Under the pieces are notes generated by a model. That model saw only the letters and a program-made list of their open reading frames with translations, ran no database searches and had not been told where the DNA came from. The translations under genes and the position numbers were made by a program. From Paraspadella gotoi (lineage: Eukaryota > Animalia > Chaetognatha), in assembly GCA_051294375.1 (NCBI GenBank), contig CM119267.1, positions 26,241,293-26,305,292 of the forward strand: a DNA stretch of 64,000 nt, in the 5' to 3' direction. Below, piece by piece: positions 49,101 to 60,802 of the stretch (position 1 is the first letter of the stretch; each line of letters opens with the position of its first letter).

Positions 49101-52100
49101 TCCCAACCCAAAGGTCCGGGGTTCTAGCCCGGTGGTCGTCTGGCAGTTAAGAGGGACGGGGCGCTTAACCCGCCTGTAACATGGTGTTACAGCCTGATCC
49201 GAAGCTCAGGGACTGCTTATATTTAACGGTTCTGTCACTAACACATAACAATAATTACTGTCTCTTCAGGTGGTTATTATGTTGAAAAACTACTTTTACA
49301 AACCGGAAGTTACCAAAAACAGCAAAAAATAAGTTCTAAAGCTACGAACTAATTTTATAAATTCGCTAGATATGTTACATGTTCTTTTTTATCATTTATT
49401 TTAAAAGTTTAATTTAAATATTTTATTTTGTTATTAGATATTGTTTAATTATGCAGACGCGCAAGCTTTTTTACTTTAACTTTGATGTTTAAAATGGCTG
49501 ATGAACTTTCATTGTATTTTATGTCAGATACCTAAATCAATAATACCAATATACAGTCTAAGAGACAGTAATTAATGTTATGTGTTAGTGACAGAACTGT
49601 TCAATATAAGCAGTCCCTGAGCTTCGGATCAGGCTGTAACACCGTGTTACAGGCGGGTTAAGCGCCCCGTCCCTCTTAACTGCTAGGCGACCACCGGGCT
49701 AGAACCCTGGACCTTTGGGTTGGAAGGCTAATGACTTGCCTCCAGCACAAATGGCCACTAATGAACGGTTGGTGGATTTTAGTCCACCATAATACATTTT
49801 TTTTTCCGGATTTTTTCATTTATTCTCTTTGATAGTAACGTCTGATGAGATAGTAACTTTTTTAATTGCGCTGCAAATTCTCGCGAAGAAACTCAATATG
49901 CTAATAATTTTAAATGTTTATAATTTTTTTATTACAATATACAGAAGGCTTCATATTATAAAATGTGGTACCCCTTTTTTTGTGACCATAATCTGTTCCC
50001 ACCAAAGTACTCGATCGAATTTTATGAAATTTTACATATACAGTTCTAATGACGATACAAATGGAACTATCGAGGCGAATTTTGATATTCAACCCCTGAC
50101 AAGAGATACAGGGTTCTAGGGCTGGTTGCATCAGGTGCATTAATGTCTTAAACATGTAAAAAAAACATTTTTGAACTAAAATTGATAAATTTTCAATAAT
50201 TAAGCATTGTTTGAAGATGCATGGTTCATCGTTTTACTTACAATTTTCCAAAATTATTCCAAATTTGACTTGAACAGATGATGTTCATGAAGATGAAAAT
50301 TAAGTTAAACTAACATTTTTGAGGTAATAAATAGGTTTTTGTGAAAGAGTAAACGTCTGTGCAATTGTTCAAAACAAAAATATTTGAAAAATTTTTAAAA
50401 AATTTTTGATCATTTTTTGCCCCAATGGGTGACCCCCCAGAGGGCCCATATCTCATCTAAGGGGTCAATTATTAAAATTCGCCTCGATATTTCTATTTGT
50501 ATTCACATAGGGATCGTTCATTCCAAATTTCAATAAATTTGGTCCAGTAGTTATCTCGGAACGTGTTCTGGTCACAAAAAGGGGTACTATGGGAACGGAG
50601 ATAGCCTGTGATACCCGGGGCGCGGGGTATCTTACCAACTGGCGTAGGGGCTGCGGACCCTCAGTGACCGCCTCCTGTCACTGGCATGTTTATACCGGCA
50701 CCGTCACATTTAAGCCAGAACCGGGATACCCAGGGATTGAACCCGGGACGCACGGATGGAATGAGATGATTTAGCCTGCTCAGCCATTGAGACGAGGCTG
50801 AGGACGACAGCAGTGAGGCAGCTTTAAGTCTTGCTGCCACAGGATCCCCCACCAGACTTCTCCACAGGGGCCTAATCCTGAGGAGATGTCTGAGAGAAGG
50901 TTTTGATCTCATTGCCATAGTGAGAGCGAGCGGGCGAGCGAGCGAGCGAGTCTGGAGCGTTACCAGAGAAGTAGGGCATAGGCATGATATGCATACCCTA
51001 AGCGACGTAAGCGTGGGCGCACGGTGCGCAGCGGTTGCGTGTTCAAGAGTAGGGCTCACCACTTATGGCAACGGGAGGATAGCCTGTGATACCCGGGGCG
51101 CGGGGTATCTCACCAACTGGCGTAGGGGCTGCGGACCCTCAGTGACCGCCTCCTGTTACTGGCATGTTTATACCGGCACCGTCACATTTAAGCCAGAACC
51201 GGGATACCCAGGGATTGAACCCGGGACGCACGGATGGAATGAGATGATTTAGCCTGCTCAGCCATTGAGACGAGGCTGAGGACGGACAGCAGTGAGGCAG
51301 CTTTAAGTCTTGCTGCCCAGTACAATTTATATATGAAGCCTTCTGTAATTTTGTTTAAAACTTATGGAGCTTTGTTGTTTACGCGATATGTGATGATAAA
51401 GAAATACGATCAAAAAGTTATGGCGGCATAGTTGGTTTAATACACATTTAGTTATTTAAGTTAATGATGAGTTAGCTACTATAAAATATTTGTTAGTATA
51501 TATTTTATATTTGTATATTTTTTTAAAATTTATATTTGTTAAAATTCCTTTCTTGTTTTTATACTAAATATAAAAATGTTTTCTTTTAGATTCCGATTAC
51601 CGTTCATTCGAACTTAAACAATCCAGGAATGGCTCAGCAATGCCTCGAGAATATGATCAACACGATGCGTCTCAAGGTGAATTACGTTTTCCTTAAATTT
51701 TGCTTTTGTCCCTCTTAGTGGTCATCGTTTCTTTGTTTTCACTGTGTTTTTATCGTCGCAATTGCTTTGCGTTTGCGACGATCTTGTAACGCTTTTGCGC
51801 ATAACTTATCGATCGCCTTTTTGATGATTAAATTTGGGTGTATGAAGCTGAAAATTTATATACAGTTTTTCATCATCGAGGTCCTTGAAATTGGGTGAGA
51901 ACAGTTATTAAATATGTTTTGTTTACATTTTATCAAAACAAACAAATTTCCTCTATTATTTTTATGTCTCCTCTCTCTCTTTTAATTAATATAATTATAT
52001 GTACTATGTAGCTCTCTCTCTCTTTTCCCCAGGCTGATTTATCGGGGAAAAAAAGTCTGCAGCTGGCTCTGCAGGGGCTTTCTTTCTTTTTCTTCTGCTG

Positions 52101-55100
52101 CTGCCTTTTGCTAACTGATGGGTAGGTCCATCATCTCTATCTCTGGCAGTGATTTCTACTCGGGTATTTTCAAAACAATAAAATTGAAACTTATATAACT
52201 TATTATTCTTTTGTTTCACTGATTAATATAAAACAACGCTTTATTTAAAAAAACGGTTGGCTATAGTTATTTCTCCTTTATAACATCGAACTCACTGGTG
52301 AATTTCTATGCTTTCAAAATACGGTAAGACATAATTTCTTTTTACCTTAAGATGAAACTAAAACGATTTTTCATGGTAAGGGCAACTTTTAAAGATTAAA
52401 TTGCTCGTCAGATCTATTGCCTTTTTTAGATATACTACAGCTTAGGCAAAAAAAACGGCAAGCTATATTTTAAAATTTTTTTTTCCATTTTTTCCACTAT
52501 TTTTTTCTCTCTTGAACCTTCTCTCTGTCCCTTTCTTTCTCTCTCTTTCTCTCTGTCTTTTCTCTCCATTCTCCGACTTTTCTGTCCTCATATTTCTCTG
52601 TGTCATCCCTTCTTTTCTTCCTTTACATTTTTTCTCTTCCTCTCTATTCCTGCTTTTCTCTCCCTCTCTGATACTCTTTCTTCCCTCTTTCTTATCTTTT
52701 CTTTTCTCTCAATTGTTTTCGTTCTCCCCCTTTTCCCCATATATTAATTTCTTTCCACTCTTTTTCTCTCTCCCTGCAACTTTTTTTTCAACTATGCTCT
52801 CCTCTCTCTTCTCTTTTTCTCCTTCTCACTCATTTTTGGCATTATATCATACTGGATGTATAAAAATCTTTAAAAATGTATTGTAAGAAAGAAAATATTG
52901 GGTTGCGTATGATTTTTTTTCAAAGTTTGGTTGCCTAGCAGATTTAAAAAATCGACAGATTTTTGCGGAAATTTTTTCCGCAAAAACTGTCGATTGAAGG
53001 AGGAAAAAAATTACTGACGCTTTCCATTACATTAAAAGAATGCGGTTTTTTTTTAATTTGTTAACCTTAGTAATATTTCTCATCTATTAAAACTATAAAA
53101 TAAGTCAAAAACCGAGTTTTAATTCAATATAAACGCACCTCACAAATTCACAAATTAAAAGTTGATTTAAAAATTTAATTGCTAAAACTATTAATTTTTT
53201 GCCCTAATTTTTTAGGTACTAGAAGCACGTTGAAAGGGAATATTTGGCATCTCGACCAAAACCTCGTACGTTTTTAAAATCGGCTAATAAATAATGATTT
53301 TTCGCTTACGAAGTTTTTATTCGTTCACCGAATTCCGATCGAATAAAAAAAATTTAAAAAATTTTTAAAAATCGATTTTCGTTTTTTTGTTAAAGTTTTC
53401 GATCTTATAATTCATTATAATTTTTATAATGAGAAAATATTTTTAAAAAAAATGTATATGAAATTGGTACAACTAATATAAAAATTATCCATTCTTTAAT
53501 AATTAGCTATCTTGCCCATTACTTTGGACAGGTTTTGGTGGTTTAAGGCCTCCATCACTCTTCAAGATAATGGCGGTCTCTGCAAGCTTTTAATGAAGAC
53601 TCACTCACAGTCTGGTTTATACACTCCCAGAGTACCTGGCTTCCTTATCAAGGAAGTCGAATAATGTTTCAAAGAATATTACAATTCAAATTGCACATAG
53701 ATTTAAATGGTTCATCGCTTTTGTCTTGTAAGTCGCTATGCCTATGTTTAACATTAATTATTTTAGTTACTATGGTAATGGCAAAAAACAATTATAATTA
53801 TTAGCATTTTATCATAATTTTTTAGCCACACTACGAATAAGTAAGACGAATAATTAAGTGAAAAAGAATCAAATTATAATGAAAAAAATATTTTTTGAAC
53901 AATTTTAAATGTAAATATCAAAAGTAAACCAGAAGCGCAGAGACGACCGCTGCCAGGAAGATCTGGCAAAACGCTGCGTCTTAGGAGTGCCGAAGAGAAA
54001 CCGTGCAGCGGCACCAAATCCAAACAAAGAGCGAGCCAGGGTCGCCGCGCCTTTACTTGACAGTGAACGAATGAGAGGTGGCCTGAATCCCAGCGAAGAG
54101 AGACAATCTCTGAGGGCGATGGGCCGAGAAAAAGAGAGCGTTGGAACAAGGAACTCGGCGAGACTGGAAGTTGTGACGAGTCGAGATGCGCAGTGATGAG
54201 GCTGCAAACCAAGGGAAAATGACCACGTGACCACAAATTATTACTTTCTTTTAAAATCTTTTTTAAACAAGTTTGAGCAAACAATGTCGGATCTGCAAGT
54301 TAAGAAAAAGATGCAAGTTAAAAAATGATACAAGTTGAAAAAATGATGCGAATTTTAAAAATGATGCAAATTGAAAAAATGATATGAGTTGAAAAAATGA
54401 TGTGAGTGAAAAAAAATGATGCGAGTTAAAAAGAATTTTAAAAATTGTGATTTATCATCTGATTAGCTGATTACCGCTTAATTATCGTAAGCAGATCCGA
54501 CATTGTTTGCTCAAACTTGTTTTTTATATCCAGTTCACTAATCATAATTTAATCAAAAACCTGATTAAACAATGAAGCGCAAAAAAAAATTATTATAAAG
54601 TCTTGTCGGTTGACGGATATGAATAACAAGTCGGGTCACTCTCAATTCCCAATATTTTACCAACTGCAATACTTTATATCTTAAAAAATGATAATTTTAA
54701 TCTAAAGGTAATTTTTTTGTCAATCAACGTTTCATTTAACATATTTAAAATACAAACCTGAAAAGATATTCCAAAAAAACAATGAATTTGTTGAAGTTGA
54801 AACTCCAGTAGTTATTTTTTTCAATGTTTGGAAATCTGTTCTTTTGACGGATTCGTTGATGCAGGACCAAAAAGAAAAAAAAAACACGAAAAAAACGATT
54901 TCGGACGCGGTAAGATCTTTTCGATTCGATAAACGATCTTTTAAAACCGTACGAGGTTTTGTTTGAGATGCCGATTAGATTTGTGAACATTTTGAAGTAT
55001 TTTCGTTTAACAATTGTAATAAAATGTAAAAATGTAAATTTTTGATTAGTCAATTTAAAAATTAATTCATAGGTAACAATGGATGACCAACGGCAAATGA

Positions 55101-58100
55101 ACCAACTCAGAGGTAAAAGAGATGAGAAGTACCCGAAATCTGGAGTAAAAAAATTTTCTTCAATGATCTTGACGTTCAAATCTCAAGACAAAAGTCAAAA
55201 TGGACAAAAATGGCATAATTTTTTTTATTAAAAGTAGCAAAAATTATACCAATTCTTGATTAGAAAATGCAGCAGATGATTTTAATTAATCCGTAGTCCA
55301 GCCCACTTTGTCTTAGGGTTTAAATTTAATCAATTCTGTTGATAATATTCTAGCAATATTCAAAAAGTGGTTTTTTTTGCTGAACTTCCTCGATAGAAAT
55401 CACTGCCCTCTCTATTACTAAAGTCAAAGGAAAAGTCAAAAAAATAGGCAAAAAAAAGTATATTCTCTGAGAGGGAGCTCGCGAGCTGAAGTAGAACCCA
55501 AGACAGAACTCAAATCTCTCTCTTTGCTCCTTCTGTCGTCGCTCGCTGAGGAGGAAGGGAAAGGGAGGAAAAGAGGCGGAAGAGGAAGAAGAAAAGGTGT
55601 CTCGAACGAGAATGGGGAAGAGAAATGAGGGAATCCAGTGAAATATACTCATCCCTCTATCTGTGCCTCACCCTTTATCTGAGATGACTCGACGGGTCAT
55701 TGACTGACGTGTCGGGTCATCGTGAAGAAGAGAAAAGGAAAAAGGAGGAAAGGAAAGAAAGAGAGGAATGGGAAGAAAGGGTGAGGAGTGGGGTCCCGGG
55801 CATAATTTTATGAAGGGGGGCTGCGCATCAAGAGAGATTCTCTGTTCTGTGACGTCTAAATGAAGGTTAGTATGCATATAAATACAATGTCGACTTCTCA
55901 AGCTCTACTCAGCTTTGGGGGTTGTCCTAAGATAAGTGGGAACAAGGCCTAAATTAGCCATTCCGGTGTTAGTACACTGTTACAAAATTACAATAAAAAT
56001 TTAACACTAAACAAGACTTTGGAGGCAATCTTTTTTTTTTTGTTAGGAATCCTTGTCGTTGTCTTTGTCCTTAAAGGGTTTGTTTGGTCTTCTTCTTCAT
56101 GTGATTGCTGAGTTCTTCTACCATTGTGGCCAATCACCTCTTTGCCGGGAATCTGTCTCCTTCTGGAAATCGTTGTCCTTTCTCCTATCTGCTGAGGATC
56201 TTGTCTTTGTGGTATCCGTCAGAGTGACTTGAGTATTACTCCTTAAGTATATTTGGAATCCAATCTTCCGTAGGAAGCCGTCTTTGCAAGACCGAGATAA
56301 TCTTTGTTCCAGTCAACCTCTCATCAGGGCCGCAAGAGGAATCTGCAATCTTGTTAGGGAATTCTTCAGGGTTTGCCGTTGGTGGCAATAATATCCGCGA
56401 GTGCCGCGTGTGGCGATAATATCCGTTTTTGTTTCATCAGTTTTTTTTTTTTTTGTGTGTGTGTAATCAGCTTGGGTCGTAGCTACTTTGTATGTACAGG
56501 TCGGAGAGGGGACTACTGTGGCCACGAGTATTCCCCATTCCACGGTCAGCCTATACATTTGGGGCGGGTTGTTTCCGTTGTTTCCGCAGTTTCATGCCTC
56601 TGCTGTTCCCGGTTGTGAGGCGCGGTGACCGTAGGCGTTCGTATCGCATCTGGGCGCAGCTTCTTCAGCACTCTGCGGTGGACGACTCTGTCGTCGTTCC
56701 ATATTCTGGCTTCACCAGGTACATCATGACTCTCACTTCATGTTGACTGGATATTTGGGCCAGAGTTGACATTGCAGTCCTCTGAATCCCGACGTAAGTT
56801 GATCTTTCCAAAATTGATTTCTTGTCTTCTCAGAATTTGTATATGCCTGTTATTCCACTTTTGCTCGCCGACAGATTCCACTCTTGTTCGCCGACAGATT
56901 CCACTCTTGCTCGCCAACAGATTCCACTCTTGCTCGCCGACAGATTCCACTCTTGCTCGCCGACAGATTCCACTCTTGCTCGCTGACAGATTCCACTCTT
57001 GCTCGCCGACAGATTCCACTCTTGATCGTCATGTTCCACTTGATCGTCATCATTTTCCTGTTGATCGTCATCATGTTCCTCTCTTGATCGTCATGTTCCT
57101 CTCTTGATCGTCATCGTGTTCCTCCTCTGTTCACCGTCAGATTTTTCTCTTGTTCATTATCAGATTCTATTCTTTTATTTTCTTATCAAAATTTATTTTG
57201 TCCATCTGAAATGCTTTGAAGTTTTTGTATAAAGGTCAAATTTTTAAATTTTTCTTCCGGTGAAATATAGATTCTTGCGTCTCTCTTCCGATGGAAATAC
57301 GTCTCTCTTCCAATGGAACCGCGTCTCTCTTCCAATGGAACCGCGTCTCTCTTCCGATGGCACCGCGTCTCTTCCGATGGAACCGCGTCGCTCTTCCGAT
57401 GGAACCGCGTCGCTCTTCCGATGGAACCGCGTCGCTCTTCCGATGGAACCGCGTCGCTCTTCCGATGGAACCGCGTCGCTCTTCCGATGGAACCGCGTCG
57501 CTCTTCCGATGGAACCGCGTCGCTCTTCCGATGGAACCGCGTCGCTCTTCCGATGGAACCGCGTCGCTCTTCCGATGGAACCGCGTCGCTCTTCCGATGG
57601 AACCGCGTCGCTCTTCCGATGGAACCGCGTCGCTCTTCCGATGGAACCGTCTGATGGATTCTCATTTTTTCAGCATGTGCAGAACGCCTTGTTTGAACGT
57701 TTTGGATGCCTCGCTCTACCGTCCAGATTGCCTCGCTTGAGCATTTTGAATGCCTAGCTTGAACGTCCCAAATGTCTCGCTTGAATGTCCCGAATGCCTC
57801 ATTTGATTGTCCCAGATCTCTTGCTTGATTGTCCCGTATGTCACGCTTGACTGTCCAGATTGATTTGCTTGACTGTCCAGAACGCTTCACACGTTCGCCG
57901 AGAAAGATCTCCCATCTAAATTTCCGTCCTTTTTTCTTTTCCCCTCCAAATGAAATCCTTTTTTCTCAAAAATAACTTCTTCGATCGTCCATCGTAATAA
58001 AGGTCAACTTCTTAAAATCCTCGTCAGCCATCTTTCTTCCGCTCGAGACTTGGATCCTTCTGGCTTTGAACTTTGGATCCGCGGCCCGTGACTTCACTCC

Positions 58101-59770
58101 GTCTTTGTTGAAAGTTGAGAGCCGAATTCTGAGAGAAAGAGAGAGAGAGACTCTCTGAAATTTCGCATCTTTGGTCTTTTTCGAGGCTCGGTTTTCCTGT
58201 TTATTTTGGTGTCGTTTTTGCTGAATCCATCGCCAGTTTTCATCTTTGATCGCATCTTCCTGTTTCCATCTTCTTTCCATCTTCCATCTTTTAATTGATC
58301 GCATCGTCGCCTCTTCATCGCGATTGCCTTTATTTATAATTACGTAATTGTCTTCTATTTTTAAAGGGGTCTTTATTTTTATGTTTCGATCCCTCTCTTT
58401 TTTTTTTCTTGCTAGATCAAAGGTTTCATGCATTTAGATTAAATTGGAGTTAATCAAAACAAAACATTCCAATGTCAGGGACGCTCCCCTTTTTCACTTT
58501 CAGGAACAGGAATGAAAACAAAAATTGCGGAAATTGGCATCCCTCCAATATTTTACATAAAACAATCCCGAAATGCACATTTTGAAATAGACTTTTCCGC
58601 GTATAATTTAAGCGTCATTAAACGAGGAATTCCTCCAAGCAAGAAATGGATACTTAAATTAAAGCTGAGGGACCAAAATTTGAGTTCACATGTCCTTAAA
58701 GTTGCAGGGTGGGGCCACTCCGTTACATTGTTACAGCTCTGTCTGGGTTCCAGATTTTTTTTTTTTTTTTTTGGAAAGAATCATCTCCTAAAATGATTCA
58801 TCTACAGATGAAATCCATTCTGACGCTCTTCTAGGGCAAAATTCGTTTTCCAGGTGGCTCGCCCTCGTCATCCTTTTGCTCGCCCTCGTCATCCTTTTCC
58901 CGGCGTTTTCATCCAAGATGTCCAAGATGTCCATCTGCTTTGTCCGTTTCTTTCGTGTCCTCAGTCCCGTGTCCTCAGTCCATCTCCTTTATCCGTCTCC
59001 TTTGTCCGTTTGCTTTGTCCGTGTCCTCAATCCCGTGTCCTCTCGAAGATCTTGCACTTCGCCTTGGGATCCCGTCCTTGTCCCGGATTAACCGTCTTCA
59101 TCGTTGTCCTTATTTTGTCCACTTTGTCTCCTGGATCTTGTCCTTCCTTGTCTTCGAAATTCGCTGTATTTTTCTCGGATATTGTCGTCTCCCTCGTCGC
59201 CGTCTCCCTCGTCGCCGTCTCCCTCGTCGCCGTCTCCTGCGTCGTCTCCTTCTGCGTCGTCTCCTTTGCATCGTCGCCGCCTTCGTCGTCTCTTTCGTCG
59301 TCGCCGCCTTCGTCGTCTCTTTCGTTGTCGCCGCCTTCGTCGTCTCCCTCGTCGCCGCCTTCGTCGTCGACAGTTGAGAAACGAGCACAGGACTCATCCA
59401 CAGGGAGTGGGTTCGAGGCGCGAAAATGGCGACACTAACAGATGGGTAGGTCCATCATCTCTATCTCTCTATTACTAAAGTCAAAGGAAAAGTGAAAAAA
59501 ATAGGCAAAAAAAGTATATTCTCTGAGAGGGAGCTCGCGAGCTGAAGTAGAACCCAAGACAGAACTCAAATCTCTCTCTTTGCTCCTTCTGTCGTCGCTC
59601 GATGAGGAGGAAGGGAAAGGGAGAAAAAGAGGCGGAAGAGGAAGAAGAAAAGGTGTCTCGAACGAGAATGGGGAAGAGAAATGGGGGAATCCAGTGAAAT
59701 ATACTCATCCCTCTATCTGTTTTGATTTCTTTCTTTTTTTCTGGCTGCCTCTGCTGCTGCCAAAAACGAT

Positions 59771-59801
<31 letters not shown>

Positions 59802-60528
59802 GCGTTTTTATTTTAAAAAAAAATTAATTAGGACTGAACTCATAGAATTAGGCATCACATTCGTACATGTTATCATTTTGCTATCGCAACATCGAGTTTT
59901 TATTTAGTTCTTTCTTTTCGTCATTCTCTCTTTATTTTTTTTTCTTTCCTTCCTATTCTTTCTTTCCTTTCTATTTTTTCTTTCCTTTCTATTCTTTTTT
60001 TTCTTTTCTATTTTTTTTTCCTTTATATTTTTTCTTTCCTTTCTATTCTTTCTTTTCTTTCTATTCTTTTTCCTTTCTTTCCTTTCTATTCTTTCTTTCC
60101 TTTCTATTCTTTCTTTCCTTTCGATTTTTTCCTTTCTATTCTTTCCTTTCTATTCTTTCTTTCCTATTCTTTCTTTCCTTTCTATTCTTTCTTTCCTTTC
60201 TATTCTTTCTTTATATTTATTCTTTTCTTATTTTTCTTTCTGTTTATAAATTAATTTTCTTTTCTCAAATTTGATTTTTTTTTAGTATCAAAATTTGTCG
60301 TCAATCCAGATTTTTCTTATACGATTGCGACGATCCTTATGCTTTTAAGATTTTTTATTTAAAATTAATGTATTTACAGTTGCGCGAATTAAGGCAACAC
60401 TACTCGCCCGATGAGCGGCCCATCGTTCTCGTTGGTTGGGGCGTCGGCTCTCTGGTCTCGACTCACGTGGCTCTGCTGGAAGTCGCTTCTGCCGTCGTTT
60501 GCTTGGGTTTTCCTTTTTCTGGCATTGG
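46174..60528 (+). CDS. KANSL3: KAT8 regulatory NSL complex subunit 3 (Rcd1), 5' exons; the gene continues beyond the last exon found
   Basis: Exons 46174-46443, 46514-46682, 47406-47670, 47766-47896, 47959-48164, 51590-51676, 60380-60528. Motifs: DHAYARAWNLHP, DRLARL, WLH...YLDILQTLK/SKLPSLVD, FWHQQLSALGKV, and the hydrolase-fold PIVLVGWGVGSL..VVCLGFP. Confidence 0.9.
48250..48600. repeat. 21-bp minisatellite (CATCAGTGAATGACTATCATCG-type)
   Basis: Tandem units without spacers. Confidence 0.9.
49035..49268 (+). mobile_element. Solo LTR-like unit with B box and twister fold (family T1)
   Basis: TATGGTGG...CTTCA with GGTG TSD and B-box-like GGGTTCTAGCCC. Twister at 49143-49216: GCAGT taa GAGG GA CGG ggcgct TAA CCC GC CTGTAACA tgg TGTTACAG CCTGA t CCG aa GC TCAGG g ACTGC. 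Confidence 0.8.
49555..49791 (-). mobile_element. Solo LTR-like unit, family T1 (twister fold 49610-49683)
   Basis: Reverse-complement copy of 49035-49268, with a probable ATAC TSD. Confidence 0.78.
50639..50718 (-). ncRNA. Type-P5 twister ribozyme candidate
   Basis: Minus strand reads CTGGC ttaa ATGT GA CGG tgccggta TAA ACAT GC CAGTGAC aggaggcg GTCACTG AGGG t CCG ca GC CCCT ac GCCAG. P5, P2, T1, T2, P3 and P4 all pair; one normally conserved L4 A is C. Confidence 0.8.
51117..51196 (-). ncRNA. Type-P5 twister ribozyme candidate (second LTR copy)
   Basis: Same fold as 50639-50718 with one P3 mismatch, offset by 478 nt. Confidence 0.78.
52145..55407. mobile_element. TIR element with 4-bp TSD inserted in an LTR
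   Basis: GGCAGTGATTTCTA / TAGAAATCACTGCC with CTCT duplicated; removing it restores a match to the other LTR. Confidence 0.8.
56852..57024. repeat. 23-bp minisatellite GCTCGCCGACAGATTCCACTCTT
   Basis: About 7 tandem units. Confidence 0.9.
57277..57650. repeat. 22-bp minisatellite GCTCTTCCGATGGAACCGCGTC
   Basis: About 17 near-identical tandem units. Confidence 0.92.
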
Positions 60529-60802
60529 GTAAGGCTGGATAGTATAGCGTAGCAAAAATATTAAAATCAAGTAGAATCAAAATTTGAATAGTAGATCATG
60601 AACATGCTTGTACCTGTGAACATTTTTAAATAACAAAAAAATTTCGTTTGCGACGATTTTACCATAGTTTTGCACATAAGTGGCGTAGGCGTCGTCGTCG
60701 TCGTTCCAATTTATAGATCGCCTTTTTCATGATTAAATTTGGGTGTGAGGCCGAGCTACCTCGACTCTCTCTCTCTTTTCCCTCAACAGCCACATGACCT
60801 CA

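Larger units (their letters stand above)
50588..51319 (-). mobile_element. Two-LTR mini-retroelement (TRIM/retrozyme-like) with Pol III boxes and a twister fold in each LTR (family T4)
   Basis: Direct repeats 51064-51319 and 50588-50841 with termini TGTGGCAGC...GTTGCCATA and GTAC TSD (50584-87, 51320-23). PBS-like TGGTGAGCCC at 51061-51052, GGGGGATCC before the 3' LTR, no credible ORF. Confidence 0.85.
49942..51345. mobile_element. Same MITE family, carrying the T4 insertion in its right TIR
   Basis: Same TIRs; the right TIR is split at GTAC. Confidence 0.85.
52111..59720 (-). mobile_element. Decayed non-autonomous LTR retroelement in a KANSL3 intron
   Basis: LTRs 59439-59720 and 52114-55664 (the latter interrupted), termini ACAGAT...ATCTGT, TTTG TSD. 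Purine tract before the 3' LTR on the minus strand; possible integrase C-terminal remnant RVVHRRVLK near 56670. Confidence 0.7.

Noticed and set aside
49035-49268. Classifying the T1-T4 units as ordinary tRNA SINEs
   Set aside because: They have defined TG/TA...CA-type ends, 4-bp TSDs, no poly(A) or simple-repeat tail, and paired copies with PBS/PPT, all of which favour LTRs. T1 is the least certain because no paired copy is in this window.
38459-49860. Other CTGAYGA hits (e.g. ~38459, ~46712, ~49842; also ~23038)
   Set aside because: No stem II followed by GAAA, so they are not hammerheads.
50730-50840. HDV-like ribozyme or a true tRNA gene in the LTR heads
   Set aside because: No nested double pseudoknot with the HDV L3 motif and no complete cloverleaf; only A/B boxes and hairpins.
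57277-57650. CRISPR-like array of partly palindromic 22-bp repeats (also 9520-10060, 48250-48600, 56852-57024)
   Set aside because: Units are head-to-tail with no unique spacers and there are no cas genes; these are eukaryotic minisatellites.
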